Positions 43,664-56,059 of a stretch of 64,000 nt of DNA are shown here, piece after piece. Origin of the DNA: Piedraia hortae CBS 480.64 (lineage: Eukaryota); contig MU006019.1 in the NCBI GenBank assembly GCA_010093745.1, forward strand, positions 1-64,000. The letters run 5' to 3'. Position 1 is the stretch's first letter; the number at the start of each line of letters is the position of its first letter. The notes beneath the pieces were generated by a model. It made no database searches. It was not told the DNA's origin and saw only the letters and a program-made list of their open reading frames with translations. Both the position numbers and the translations under genes were made by a program.

Positions 43664-44649
43664 ATGGACCAAGTAACACAAATATGGTGCAGCAAGTGTA
43701 GCACACGCCGCTCATCAGCAGAATTCGGATGCCATGCAAATGGCAAGATGAAACAACTGTGTGCCCGCCATGGGAAGAAGCGTGGCTTGTCACCTGATTT
43801 TGATTTCGACAACTGGGACGACTTCTTGGAGGAGCTGAGGGCATGGAATGTCTCGGTGCGTGCAGTCTGTATTTGTAGAACTGGACGCTTACACCGCAGG
43901 CGCCCTCTACTCCGATGGACCTGGAACGTCTATTTCTGCTTGACGAATTGCCCGTCAAATTTATTGGCTCGCTTCCCGCAGACTCCACCGATAGAACGCC
44001 GTTGAACAGGGCTGTGCGTGAACTGGTCGAGACGATTTGGCAAGCCGGTGGCTTTAGGTTCAGACATATCAAAACGCGTGTCAATGAAAGCAAAACAATG
44101 TATTTTGACTACCGTTGCTCGCAGGATGAGAAATTCGCCGCCTGCTCGCGCTCCCGCGGCAGCCGCAATGTAAGACGCATGGTGCGGTTTCCGTGCCAGA
44201 GCAAACTGAACATTTGCCCGCGTCTGGACCATCGCCAGCTGAGGCTGAGTCTCCACCACTGCCACCACGAGCCATATTCCTTTAGCCAGTTTAAATTACT
44301 GAAGCCCCGCGACTCCGCAACCACGAACGCAGAAAGTGAAGTACTAACATCAACTCGTGAAGAAACGACAACCACAGAACAGCTTGGCAAGAACCATGTA
44401 TCTTACCAAGACTTTCTCCAAGACTGGACGGCCATGGAGGCGGAAATGCGGATGCAATTAGCCGCCGGCAACCCTGACTTCGTCCTCGCTTGCATGAAAA
44501 AGTTTACAGCAGTCTCTGCCGTGCGTGCTGACATTGACCAGCTGAAGAACCATGGTGCAACGTCCCAGACCAGGGAAGCTGAGAGGCCTGCACTGGCAAT
44601 GAAGTGGAAGCCGTTGCCCGCATCCGCTGACGATCAGCAACAAAAGTGA
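43664..44649 (+). CDS. Mutator (MULE)-transposase-derived protein retaining the N-terminal Zn/WRKY-GCM1-like region and lacking the DDE core; exons 43664-43855, 43900-44649
   Basis: A 44-nt intron (GTGCGT..CTTAC..CAG) joins two ORFs in frame. Motifs CSKC..CARH, IWQAGGFRF..YRCSQD..MVRFPCQS..HCHHEPY. Confidence 0.65.
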
Positions 44650-45044
44650 TGAATAGAAAAAACATCAGTGTTTTATCATTGGAATCAAACACACAAAGCT
44701 TCTTACTCTCCTTTCAAAATCTCACCTGTTTTTCATCCAGGCAGGGGTTCCGAATCAATCCCAAACAAACACCGGCAGCAGATTAATCAAACCTTTCAAT
44801 TATCCACCTCAGCAGCCAGAACGCACTGTTCTTTCAACGGTGATGCAGACAAACTACCCATGCGATAGACTCGATAGATGAAAGAGAAGAGCAAACGCAT
44901 CGTTTGTACGTTGCGTTTGTCAAGTTCGAAGCGCCCGTCATCCCTGGCGTCGATCAAACACTGCTAAATCATGGAAACCTTTCCTGTTTTTTCACGGCAC
45001 GAAGTTGCCGGAACCGCTGGCAAAAGGGAATCTTCCCTGTCGCA

Positions 45045-45116
45045 TTTCACATCTGCAGGAACAACGCTTTCACGTCGGCAGCGACAACGCTTTCACATCT
45101 GCTGCATTAACAGCGC
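45045..45116. repeat. Imperfect 23-nt tandem repeat TTTCACRTCKGCAGSRACAACGC, about 3 copies
   Basis: Read directly, upstream of the microprotein ATG. Confidence 0.8.
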
Positions 45117-45171
45117 TACACGGCGGTTTGAAGATACCACTCCAAAACACTAGTCAAGCACAACAGCCAGA

Positions 45172-45474
45172 ATGGGGGCCGTCCTTTCTTGCGTATGTCT
45201 TTTTCGCATGGATCCCTGACGGCTACTGACGAGGGCAGGTCCAAAGCATTTTCGCCGCTATTGGCAGCGCCATAATGGCGGTTGTCAACGCCGTTGCGTC
45301 GGTCTGCATGGCTATCATCAATGTGAGTTCAAGAGCAAAAGGGATAACAGGGATACAAGCTAACGGTGACAAACAATACAGGCCATAGTTTCCGTCTTCT
45401 ACGCAATCATTTCATGCCTGACTTGCGGAAAAGTGGGACGTCGTGGCGGGGGGACAATGACGAGTGCGGTGTAG
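45172..45474 (+). CDS. 65-aa hydrophobic microprotein; exons 45172-45192, 45239-45322, 45382-45474
   Basis: Two canonical phase-0 introns (GTATGT..CTGAC..CAG; GTGAGT..CTAAC..CAG) give MGAVLSCVQSIFAAIGSAIMAVVNAVASVCMAIINAIVSVFYAIISCLTCGKVGRRGGGTMTSAV. Confidence 0.85.
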
Positions 45475-45632
45475 TAGTGATTAATTCCGTAGGGCGCGTA
45501 TGGTAGGTGATGCGGTGCATGGTGTTAGTCAAGTGTGTGCGGTCTTTTTGTGTCATTGAGGGCTCTCCTAAACGCCGTCGCCATTTCCATATTCCGTTCC
45601 CATTTCACAAGGCAAGCTGATCTGTTCTCCTT

Positions 45633-46067
45633 TTACGACCCGTGGTGTTTGTTGACGACGACTGCTTATCGTTAGCGCCCGACCCCGTCTCCGCGGCTAC
45701 GACAAGCTTACCCGACGGGACAATGATGACAATCAAGAGAACGATGATGCCGATGAGAATGCAGAGGCGCATCTTCATATCCTTCCACCACATTTGCTTG
45801 CGCACCTTGGAGGCGCCGCGGTGGAAGTTCCCAGCCGAGTCGGCCAAGGCATCCGTCTTGTTCTGCAGTCGGTCAATGTTCTCGCCGCGCTGCGCCGTGC
45901 GCTGGATATTCTGCTGCACGTTTCGCTTCGCTTCGTCGATTTCCTGCCGGTCCTGTCAGTAATCGCTCGCCTTGGATACTGCTGAGACGCACCCGCTGAA
46001 GCTGGCTGATGCGGTCGTTGCCACCTTGCGTCGTGGGCGGGTCGTACAGCCCTCCTTCATGAGACAT
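45633..46067 (-). CDS. Synaptobrevin/VAMP R-SNARE (Snc1/Snc2-like); exons 46067-45993, 45943-45712, 45661-45633
   Basis: [33 protein letters not shown] plus a TM helix; canonical introns. Confidence 0.93.
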
Positions 46068-46534
46068 GATGAGCGATAGGTAGATGCGACGCGAGAGATG
46101 TATTTGCGGGTTCTTAAGGCCGAGAAGTGAGTTGTCGCGCGTGTGATGTTGTTGGAGAGACGTGAGATCGCCGCGTGAAGAGCCGGCTTTGGTTCCGCAC
46201 TACGGCTATAACCGCCGCTAATTGGATGACGTTGACGCCCGATAGTGGATGACTGCGGATTACACAGCAGATATTACGCTAATGTGCTGCCTACCTTGAA
46301 CAGAGCGTGGTGTATGCCCGACTGATCTGCTCCCTAGACCAATACGTGGTAGTTCTTTAGTGGCTTTGACCGCTTACGTATGGCACGTAAGCCGCCATTG
46401 TTCATACGAACAAAGCCCGAGTCAAAATGTGCCACTCCCTTCAGATTGGCAGACCACAGCCGTCTCATGTGAACATGGCCCATCCGAGGCTTGCTGCTGG
46501 CTTAATAGTTTAGTTCCTATCGCAAAAGCATGGC

Positions 46535-48085
46535 ATGGCTACTCTAATACTTCTCTCCGCAGCCGAGTCTTTGCTTATCACAAAACTCGCCTCCGAACAC
46601 GTTCCCATCTTACCACTTTTTATAGGCTTGTTCATCGTCCAGGCGGCAGTTGTTTCCTTCTACAATGTGCACATCTACCCTTCCTATCTAACGCCACTCA
46701 AAAATCTACCCATCCCCGATGGCGCCTGGCCAATCATTGGCCATACTCTAACCGTGTTCGAAAGGCCGCCTAGTACGAGCTTCCAGCGATGGATGCACGA
46801 AGTCCCCAACGATGGCTTGATACGATTCAGAGGGCTGTTCAATGCCGACCGTCTTCTTGTGACGAGCCCAAAGGTCGTGGGCGAGATGCTGGTGACCAAG
46901 CCATACGAATTCGAGAAACCAGAGCCAACCCGGAACTTCCTCCGATATATCCTCGGAAATGGGTTGATTGTGGTTGAAGGAGAAGAGCATCGCTTCCAAC
47001 GAAAAAATCTCAGTCCAATGTTCGGTTTCCGGCCGATCAAGAACCTCTATCCCGTGTTCTGGGAGAAGGCGATCCAGATGACGGACGGTATTGCCCGCGA
47101 ACTTCCCGAGATCGTAGAAATAACCCACTGGGCAAACCGAGTAACCATGGACGTAATCGGTCTAGCAGCCATGGGTCGCGACCTTCACGTCCTCCAAAAA
47201 GGCGACGATGAATTAGTTCGCACCTACGAAGAAATCACCGAGCCTACCCGCGAGAAACTTCTCTACTTTGCCGCCCGCGTCCTAGGTCCAGCAGCACTAG
47301 TCAAGCGCCTACCTTTGCACATCAACCGTCGACTAAGCATCATCATCCCCCGACTCCGCACCATCTGCCTCTCCATGGTCCAAGGCAAAAAATCCTACCC
47401 CGGCAAAAGCGACATTCTCACCCTCCTCCTCCAATCCGGCAACTTCTCCGACAACCAACTCGTCGACCAACTCCTCACCTTCCTCGCCGCCGGTGCAGAA
47501 ACTACCTCCTCAGCATTCACCTGGTCCACCTACCTCCTATCCAACCACCCAACCACCCAAACCTTCCTCCGCAACGAACTTCGCACCCACCTCCCCGAAA
47601 TCCAAACCGACCCTTCAGTGCTCGAAACCCTCCCCCTCCTCAACGGAATCTGCAACGAAACATTACGCCTCTACCCCACCGTCCCCGCCACAGTGCGCAA
47701 AGCCCGCGAAACAACAACCCTCGTCGGCCATATCATCCCCGCAGGCTGCGAACTCACAATCTCTCCCTGGGCGATTAACCGTAGCCCCGACCTCTGGGGG
47801 CCTAATGCCGAGGACTTCATCCCTGAACGATGGATCGATAAGGAAACGGGAAAACTAAGAGGATCGGGTGGCGCGGAGAGTAATTATGCGTTTGTGACGT
47901 TCCTGCACGGGCCGAGGTCATGTTTAGGAAAAGGGTTTGCGTTGGCGGAGTTGAGAGCGCTCCTCGCAGCGATGGTATTGAGGTTTGAATTTGAGGGGGT
48001 GCGTGATGGGGAGGTCGTGCCGCATGGGGTTATCACGCTTAAGCCGAGGGATGGGTTGAAGTTGAGAGTTTGGGAGGTGGAGTAG
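46535..48085 (+). CDS. Cytochrome P450, intronless
   Basis: AAGAETT (I-helix), ETLR, PERW and FLHGPRSCLG heme motif. Confidence 0.96.
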   Translation: MATLILLSAAESLLITKLASEHVPILPLFIGLFIVQAAVVSFYNVHIYPSYLTPLKNLPIPDGAWPIIGHTLTVFERPPSTSFQRWMHEVPNDGLIRFRGLFNADRLLVTSPKVVGEMLVTKPYEFEKPEPTRNFLRYILGNGLIVVEGEEHRFQRKNLSPMFGFRPIKNLYPVFWEKAIQMTDGIARELPEIVEITHWANRVTMDVIGLAAMGRDLHVLQKGDDELVRTYEEITEPTREKLLYFAARVLGPAALVKRLPLHINRRLSIIIPRLRTICLSMVQGKKSYPGKSDILTLLLQSGNFSDNQLVDQLLTFLAAGAETTSSAFTWSTYLLSNHPTTQTFLRNELRTHLPEIQTDPSVLETLPLLNGICNETLRLYPTVPATVRKARETTTLVGHIIPAGCELTISPWAINRSPDLWGPNAEDFIPERWIDKETGKLRGSGGAESNYAFVTFLHGPRSCLGKGFALAELRALLAAMVLRFEFEGVRDGEVVPHGVITLKPRDGLKLRVWEVE

Positions 48086-48939
48086 GGGAGGGGGTACTGG
48101 GAAGCAGCGCACTTTGGCACGTGTGGGTTTGATGTGGTTATGTATTATGATGACCACGTAGCTGGGGTGTGCAATCTGCTGTGTACAGTATTACTGCCCA
48201 TCGTGTTATGGTTCAAGAGGTCAGAGGTGCACTCAATCGAGGAAGACGCACCCATTGGCATATACATACTGTCCACGTAAAATAGCTCCGAGCCGCCTTT
48301 GAGACAAAGCTCTCCAAATCACGTGGAGAATTGGTCAATGAGACCCCCGGCCCGTAGGCAATCCTCTGCACAAACTTTATCCAGAGCTACCTCCACTTCG
48401 AGCCAAACTTCCCCGTGCCTTTTCAATGCCCAGGCCAGTTTCTCACTTTCCTTGTGATTGTGCATCCCCGTTCTCTTTTAAGAATATCCAATCCATCTTC
48501 CTTCTCAGACACTCACTTCGCCCCGTGCACAAACTCTTTCTTCGACAAAAAAACTCCCCTTCCTTGAAAGGGACGAAAGATATCACAGCGAACATAACCC
48601 TGCAGTGGAATGGCTTTGCATTTCCTCACCCTCGTGCCCATATTTTTCTCCATGAAGGGGTCCTCCATATCTCTCCCACGGGAAGAGGAGGATTTTGCCT
48701 CCCGACTGTGCATGTGTCTATAATGAGTTGGGGGAGAGGGATTGTGAGTTTTCTTCTCGAGAAGAATTTTTGGATGTTTCGTGGGTGGTGAGAGTATTTA
48801 CAGTACATTGTTGTGACTCCACTTTCCTTTTACGAAAGTTTAGAGTGCGAAGCTATTTACTTTTTAGCCACAGAAGCTAGGAGGGCAGAGTTTGGTTGCG
48901 GAACATTATTGAGCTCTCGTATTACCATGGGATTGCGAG

Positions 48940-49260
48940 GATTATGTGGCGATTAGGCTCTCGTTGATGGGAGTGCTCAGCGTCCCGAACCAAGAGGACT
49001 AAGCGAAAGACGGAAATTGACAACAGAGACAGGACAGATGCAGATGGATATGAGTCAATACCAGTGTCGATATGACAGAGTGAATGACTATCCATCTCAA
49101 AATGAGGGGGACGTTCAGAATAAATATACTGTACCGGTGGGCCGGTGACGTCACGTCGTACACTAGCAGGGCGCATTCGCCATGTTACATATCACATGAC
49201 CCTGAGGGAAAACCTCCGTGAGGGTAAAACCTAGGGTGCAGCTGGTAGTGTAGGAGGTAT
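48940..49260. repeat. Probable solo-LTR/dispersed-repeat relic (boundaries approximate)
   Basis: 49172-49232 resembles the reverse complement of 28747-28819. Confidence 0.4.
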
Positions 49261-49642
49261 TGCTAACATGCTATGCAAGTGCCCCGCATACGCGCTAGCG
49301 GCGATGCTTGAATCCAGCAGATTACAGGGTACTACGATGGCATAAGACCTCTGCTGAAAGAGAAATGTAAATCAACGGTGATCGAGAAAAGGGTTTTCTG
49401 TGTTCGGCGGCCATGTGTAGGTATAGCTTTTTTGCTCATGTCCCCCAATCCATCATTACGTTGTTTTGAACATGAACATCGAGGATCTCAACGGGGATTC
49501 GACAGAACCCACGGTGGTGGATTCTTCCATCACTTGCATGGACGGGTACTTGCATTGTAGATTGGGAAGAATATAGAAAAAGCTGGAAAGCCGTTCATTG
49601 CGGTCTAGGAGCCGGGACTATACCACCTATTCATCTAGATAT

Positions 49643-50969
49643 CTATTTCCTCTTTTGACCCTGAACAAGCGACTCACCCATGGCTTCCTTGGCGGCTCCA
49701 TACTTCTTCAGTCTAATGGCATTGACGCTGATGAACCCAGTCGTGTCTTGCGGCTGGAAGTCGCCGATCTCATCCATGGACGATTCCGACTCGTCATACA
49801 GCTTCTCCGTGTCAGACCAACGGCCGAGAACGGAGAACATTCCCTTGTAAGCACGGCATCGGACGGCACCGTTGACGTTCTTCTGCGACGCAACGATGCT
49901 GTCCTCGAGGAACTCACGTTCTGGAGAGAAGTAAAGTCCATTGTAGAGCAGCTTGGAGTAGTTGAACGAGACAAACTGGTCCCGAAGTGCGCGAACTTCG
50001 CGGTCCATAACCAGCCCTTCGAGATCAATGTGCGCTGCCCGAAGCATGGTGAGGCCAGGCGTCTCGTAGCATCCACGGCTTTTGATTCCAATGAAGCGGT
50101 TCTCAACAATGTCCACCCGTCCAACGCCGTTGCGACGCGCAATGGCATTCGCGGTGAGGAAGAGCTTGACAGAATCAGTGAAGGTCTCTTTGCCATGCTC
50201 GAGCTTCACTGGGATGCCTTGCTTAAAGTGCAAGGTAAAGTCTTCGGGCTCGTTGGGAGCCTTGGACGGATCAGTTGTTAGCTTCCACATGTTCTCTGGA
50301 GGGCTGGTGTTTGGGTCCTCCAATATGCCAGCCTCGTAGGAGCAATGAGCGAGGTTCTCGTCCATGCTCCATGGGCTGCTCTTGGTACTCGTCACGGGAA
50401 TGCCTTTTGCTGCTGCATAATCCAGCAAGTCATTGCGGCCCTTGAATCGGTTATAGAACGCTGGGTCCCGCCAAGGCGCGAGAACTTTGATATTGGGCTG
50501 TAGAGCGTAAAAGGCGAGTTCAAACCGAACCTGATCATTGCCTTTTCCAGTGCAACCGTGCGAGACGGCAAAGCAGCCCTCCTTCTGAGCTACAGCAATC
50601 TGAGCACGGGCAATGACGGGTCGTGCTAGAGAAGTTCCAAGCAGATAGACATTCTCATACACAGCATTGCACGCAATGGCAGGGAAGCAAAACTCCTCAA
50701 CAAACTCCTTGCGGAGATCCTCAATATAACATGCTGAAGCTCCAATCTTCAAGGCCTTTTGTTTGGCTGCTTCAAAGTCCTCTTCCTGGCCAATATCGGC
50801 CATGAAAGCGACGACTTCGTAGCCCTCGTCCTGCTACACTTTAGCACAGTTTCCTACGACTACAAACAAACATTCATGTTTATGAGGAAAGACTCACCAG
50901 GAAGTATCTAAGGATACAGCTGGTATCGAGCCCACCAGAGTAGGCGAGACAGACTTTTCCCTTGGACAT
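49643..50969 (-). CDS. ARG1: Argininosuccinate synthase; exons 50969-50898, 50830-49643
   Basis: LAYSGGLDTS, YLLGTSLARP, HGCTGKGNDQVRFE, SMDEN and KSRGCYETP; 67-nt intron. Confidence 0.98.
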
Positions 50970-53180
50970 TGCGACGATAAAGTGATTGTTTGCGGGAAGA
51001 GTTGTTCAAAAAATTAAAGCGGGGGTGGGGGGGTGACAGGGTTCAACCCACCCCCAATCCCCTGCCGTTTCTCGTAAAACAACGTGCAGCTGTCATCAAA
51101 AATGAGCCGTGAGTAGGGGTAGGGAATTGCATGCTAAAGTCGCATCCAGCCGACAATATCTCCCGATGCAAGGATGTCAAACCCGAGAGGCCGGAGAGCA
51201 CAAGGGACGGAGCTATGCGGTGTGCGCTACGCTATACTGCCTAAAGAACTAGAACAAAGCGTGAAGAGCAAAAGGGCAACCGTCCCGGTGGTGTAGGATC
51301 CCACGGGCCGTGCCGAGGCCACGTGACTGGAACTGGATTTTAAAGATTACCCTAACGTTAGCAGTAATACTCTTCCCAATCCAGCTTAGCTTGCACATAT
51401 CCGCTCATCATGGGGATCGAGGCGACGTTTTCCGGTGTTGAAAAGCTCAATGTGATAGAATCCTAAGAGTTATCCAGTCCTGTATCATAAGTGGGAGTAT
51501 GGAATTTACTCACGTTCCGGGGCTTGCCGAGACGCCAACTACACTTCCTACTTGCATCGGGACATTGCCGGCTGAATGAGACTGTTGCATCGGAACTATC
51601 TTTGGGTAAACGTGACTATCGCATGCGGAACGTTTTCCGCGTGCGACTGTCGCACGAAACTCCCGATCCCTAGCCATGAGTGGTCTGAATTATGCAAGGA
51701 TATGCGGGAAGGTGCATCACGCACGTGAATGCAGCGGATACTGGCGGCCCAGCGCCATGGTAAATGTGAGCAAGGACCCGTCTAGGAGTACGCCGGGGAG
51801 CGCTTCCACCTGTACTCCTGAAGGGGTCCTTTATCTTCGACGTCGCCATTGCGGGTGCCTCATACCCCGCGTGTTCACATGTGGCGCGACCTGTGGCTAG
51901 GGCGGTCACGTTTGACAAGCCATGCATTCACAATAGCTCTGACGCGGAGAGCGATGCATTAGTACTCTCAAGCCAAAGTTGTTCTTATTTTGCCGCGGTC
52001 GGCGAACCCTCGAGTTTCAGCCATGGCTTCACGAACAATGCTGGCATTCATCTGCACAGTCTTCGCTGTACTCTGATAACTTGTATCTGCAAAGTCATTC
52101 AGACTGTGCATGAAAGGTGCTGAGCAGCTCCAGCTGTTGATGATGACTCGAATCCAAGTGCATGATACAGTTTGCGGCGTCAATCATGAGGCCCAAGACA
52201 CGAAAATCGTGACACACCCAATACACACGTAGGCATGACGCAAGGCAACAACAAGGTATCAGCATGCAAACAGGTTCCTCTCAATCTACACGCGTTATCC
52301 GCTGACGCGTCTTCACAACACAGTCTTCCAAAACGGTTCGCTGGACGAAGGATCATGCAAAAGGTGTCCAACTCTCCTGCATAGCACTCAGCTCCTTCCC
52401 AGTCAGCCGTTCACGGCTGACTATCTGTAAGTTGCCCCTGCATGGAACATGTACGGTTCAGCTCCTTCGGAGTCGGCGACCGGCACTACCGAGTACAATC
52501 TCCCGGGAATGTACCTGGCCGCATACACGCAGCTGGCGACCCCATGCACCCGTGCTTTCCCTCTTTCAACAAAAGGGAAATGGTGCAGACAAAACGTCTG
52601 GGGTCAAAGTCTAAACGGACGGCTGCGTGCTTATCACATGAAGGCAACTAGCGGACACGCCCTATGCACTAAAGTTAGGCACAGATGCAATGCAATGCAA
52701 TGAAGCGCAAGCATGTGAGTCATCATGTTTCACATCTTTTTCGTAGTCATAGTCGTCGTCGTCGGCCTGCGCCGAAAAGCTGACAAGAAATGTGACAGTA
52801 AGTTTATCGTGGGTTTGGGAGTGATTGTCGTTGGTGCTTTATGGAGTTGGATTTGGTCGTCAACGGACTACGTCTGCGCCGCTGTTGGTGTAACCTAATT
52901 CCGGCATGTTCTATGCTCGCGCGCCTAACAATTACGGCCCAACCAACAACTGCTTTATACACCAAGCTTTGCAATGTAGTTTTTCATGCCGGGTTGAAGA
53001 TTGGGAAAATTTTTCAATTTCACGGTGAAAATTGCAGGGATGTTTAGAATGATTTGGAATACTGATGCGAGAATCAATCTCCACCACCCACAAAATCTGT
53101 CTTGTTTAAACTTCCTGAAAAAGAAAAAGAAGAAGAATATCGTAACCAGCGAGAGTGTAGACGAGTTCAATGTCCTGCTT

Positions 53181-54338
53181 TCAATTTATCCCACATTCCT
53201 TTAGTACCAGCTTCCCGTTCTTCCATGCAACGAGGTCGTGATCAATGAGATAATTCTCTGTCGCTTTATCGACGATCCAGTCGTGCGGTTCACGAGTTGT
53301 CCCTCTCAAGTCCTCAAAGTGTTTGCCAATGTGCTCCATTCGCTGCTCCCATGATTTAGGTCCGCAGAATGTCTTTGGACAAAAGAGACACCTGCTCTGC
53401 GATGGCGGTGGCCGGCGGTGGTGGAAACATCGCATGGCGACCTTGTCTTCTGCGTCTTCTCCGTCTTCGTTGTTATGGCTAGAGTGCATCCGTCGTAAGT
53501 GCTGTATGAAAAGGTCTTTGCGATTGTATTCCTTCAGTGGTCGCCCGTCTGGCCGTGGACATTGGTCGCACTGCCAGAAGGACAGATGCAAATGTTGGGT
53601 GGATACGTGTCGCTTCCATTCGTTCTTGGCGCCAAAGCGTGAAGTGCAGCCATAGTTGGCAAAAGGGCATTGGAACCGTTGCCTTTCAGGGGTTCCTCGA
53701 TGGAATGTATTGGTTCTCCCTGCTCCGGATTTGGTGACCCTCCCCGAGTTCGTAGATGTTCGTCGAAGTGTGCTGGCGGCAGGAGGAGACAACTTGTGCG
53801 ACGACTGCTCTGAAGGAGCCTCTCTCAGTGCCGGACTTTCCCATTGTAGTCCCACCCCAGCTAGGCCTGGGTATATGTTGTCGTCGAGGAGAGGAGGGTA
53901 GGTCAAGAAGGGCTGTGGTTGGACCTCGTGTGGTGCAACGCAGACGGGTGGGCAATCGAGAACCAAATCATCACCCATCATGGCCGGCTCGCTAGACAGG
54001 TCCGGTGAATAGGTTGGATAGCTGACAACGGGTGATAACCACGGTGACCGGAAATCGTCGTCCCCGCTGCCTGGAAGAGAAGGTGAGGGTGCAGTACGGG
54101 GTGAAGGAGCTTGGAGGTTGAGAGAGGGCCAAGGTGCAACCGAGTCAATGTTTTTGGTGCTATCAATGGATGGAAAGTAGTGAACGGGAGAATCGTTGTC
54201 GAGAGCCGTCCAAGGCTGGCTGCGAGAGTACGGCGACTGGCGTCGGCTGACACTGTTGTCTGCCCAGTTTGAGTCCATGTGAGGATCAGGCTCATCCCAA
54301 GTGTTGTAAGGGAATCCGTGTGTCATGATGGCAGCCAT
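53181..54338 (-). CDS. C2H2 zinc-finger transcription factor
   Basis: CPFANYGC..FGAKNEWKRHVSTQH, CDQC..RKDLFIQHLRRMH and CLFC..WEQRMEHIGKH. Confidence 0.92.
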   Translation of the reverse strand: MAAIMTHGFPYNTWDEPDPHMDSNWADNSVSRRQSPYSRSQPWTALDNDSPVHYFPSIDSTKNIDSVAPWPSLNLQAPSPRTAPSPSLPGSGDDDFRSPWLSPVVSYPTYSPDLSSEPAMMGDDLVLDCPPVCVAPHEVQPQPFLTYPPLLDDNIYPGLAGVGLQWESPALREAPSEQSSHKLSPPAASTLRRTSTNSGRVTKSGAGRTNTFHRGTPERQRFQCPFANYGCTSRFGAKNEWKRHVSTQHLHLSFWQCDQCPRPDGRPLKEYNRKDLFIQHLRRMHSSHNNEDGEDAEDKVAMRCFHHRRPPPSQSRCLFCPKTFCGPKSWEQRMEHIGKHFEDLRGTTREPHDWIVDKATENYLIDHDLVAWKNGKLVLKECGIN

Positions 54339-56012
54339 AAGCAAGGCAAAATATCAGTTGAAAAGTGGAGGGAGAAACGGGCATCCAACGCTCGTTATAC
54401 GAAATTCACAACAAGGCGCAAGCGGTTGCCTTGTGGGTGCCTAATGCAAGCTTCAAAAGCAAAAAGAGGGTCGACTGAGGCGGAGTCACCGTGGACGGGT
54501 GAGCTGCCGGGTTCATGGACTCATGGCAGGGGTCCCCCTCAGCCCCAGGGCCCGCGAACGAGGGCATGTGGGCCTAACGAACGCCTCAATTCAGAGCTGA
54601 AGGCTAGCTGAAGCGACGCCTGTTGGTGTCCCGGACGCTGGACGGTTAACCGTGCAGGTCCACGTGCCGATCTTCCACTTCTTTACTACCGCAGGGACCG
54701 CCTCTCGCTTGGCGGCAAGTCAACTGTCGCTTAATGAGGTACAGAGGCCGCCCCGCTTGGGTGTGCGTGACTCACCACGCCACCACGACCTTTTACCTCA
54801 TTGATGCTTGTGTTGCCTGAGGGGGTCTCTCGCCTATGCATCCGAATTCTAGTTAGCCGCAAGTCTCCACACTCCAGGGTCTGGCCGTTCCCCCTAGGGC
54901 GCAGCAGAAACTCCTCCACCCGGGAGATCTACCTGACAGGCAAGTGCAGTTAGCAGCAACGGCTGCCCCGGTCGTGTTTTCCGTTGGCTTTGCGTTTATT
55001 CTCCACAAACTCCCCCAGATTCACACTTTCGGAACTGTCGTCGTGATCGACGCCTACTTAAAATAGACCCGCGTGGCGGTGACTCGAGGATTTCTTTCAA
55101 TGCATCACGACGCGAGCCATGTTGGCCCCCAGATGCTGTCAGGCACCTCATCTTGCTGACTCCTCTGCTTAATATGGCTAGCTTTTGGACCTGCAGCCAG
55201 TTGTTTTAACTTCGCGCAGGTCATCATTAGCATTGTGTGACAGGTTATACTTGGTTGGCTTGCTGGTCGCCATGAGAGGCCCTTGATAAGGATTTAATCT
55301 GGGGAACTTGACGAAACATTCCATTGCATCTTGGATGACAGGTCGTTCCGCCTGTGTGGAGGTACAGGTGCGATCAGTGCTTCACTGGACTGGTCCAAAT
55401 TAGAACATTCACCCTTATTTTCCGACTGTCAATGGTATCAGAATTCTACGAATTAGCTTTCCAAACAGCCAGCCAATCACGCCATCATTTTGTGTCCGTT
55501 CAAAGTTACTATTTTAGGTCATCCGTTACGCCTCCCACACAGGTGGATTAAATTGCCAGACGTTCATGTTAATCAGCCGAACCGTTAAGAGTCCACCATG
55601 TAAACTCCATTAGACCTTATGCGCAGCACCAGCAACCTCTTGTGGACCAGGGTCCAACCAAAGTCACGGGCGGTGCTTTGACCGGAAATAAGGCCACAAC
55701 CTCTAAATGGTAGCGAAAGATTGGGCTATGCAATTCGGCAGCCCATTTCCCCAAGTGGATCCAGAACCGGTACCGTCGGTCTGGAACCGCACTCCAATGG
55801 CACGCCTCTTCTCAGACGCCACCATGCGGTCAGCTATTCTGAATTTGGAACAGTCAATGTGATGACAAGTCCTAAAATGTGTCCAAGTAGTTTACATGGC
55901 ATCTTTGCGCTGACTCACTTCTTGTTTTGCAGTACATAGCCATCAAGGTATGACACACTCAATCAGTCACGTATTGGGAGCATTACTGGTCTACTCTCGA
56001 GGCGGCGTAGGA

Positions 56013-56059
56013 GAGAGGCTTAGCAAGAGGCTTAGCACGAGGCGCTTCTAGAGGCTTGC
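56013..56059. repeat. Short imperfect repeat (GAGGCTTAGCA-like), 3-4 copies
   Basis: AGAGGCTTAGCA AGAGGCTTAGCA CGAGGC..AGAGGCTTGC in the MFS upstream region. Confidence 0.7.

Noticed and set aside
45045..45116. CRISPR-like appearance of short repeats (also 14231-14269 and 56013-56059)
   Set aside because: Head-to-tail repeats without unique spacers, no cas genes, and a eukaryotic context.
51100..53100. Short ORFs between ARG1 and the C2H2 gene; also 54400-56400 and 60785-61845
   Set aside because: No recognisable domains or consistent splice models; treated as intergenic or decayed sequence.
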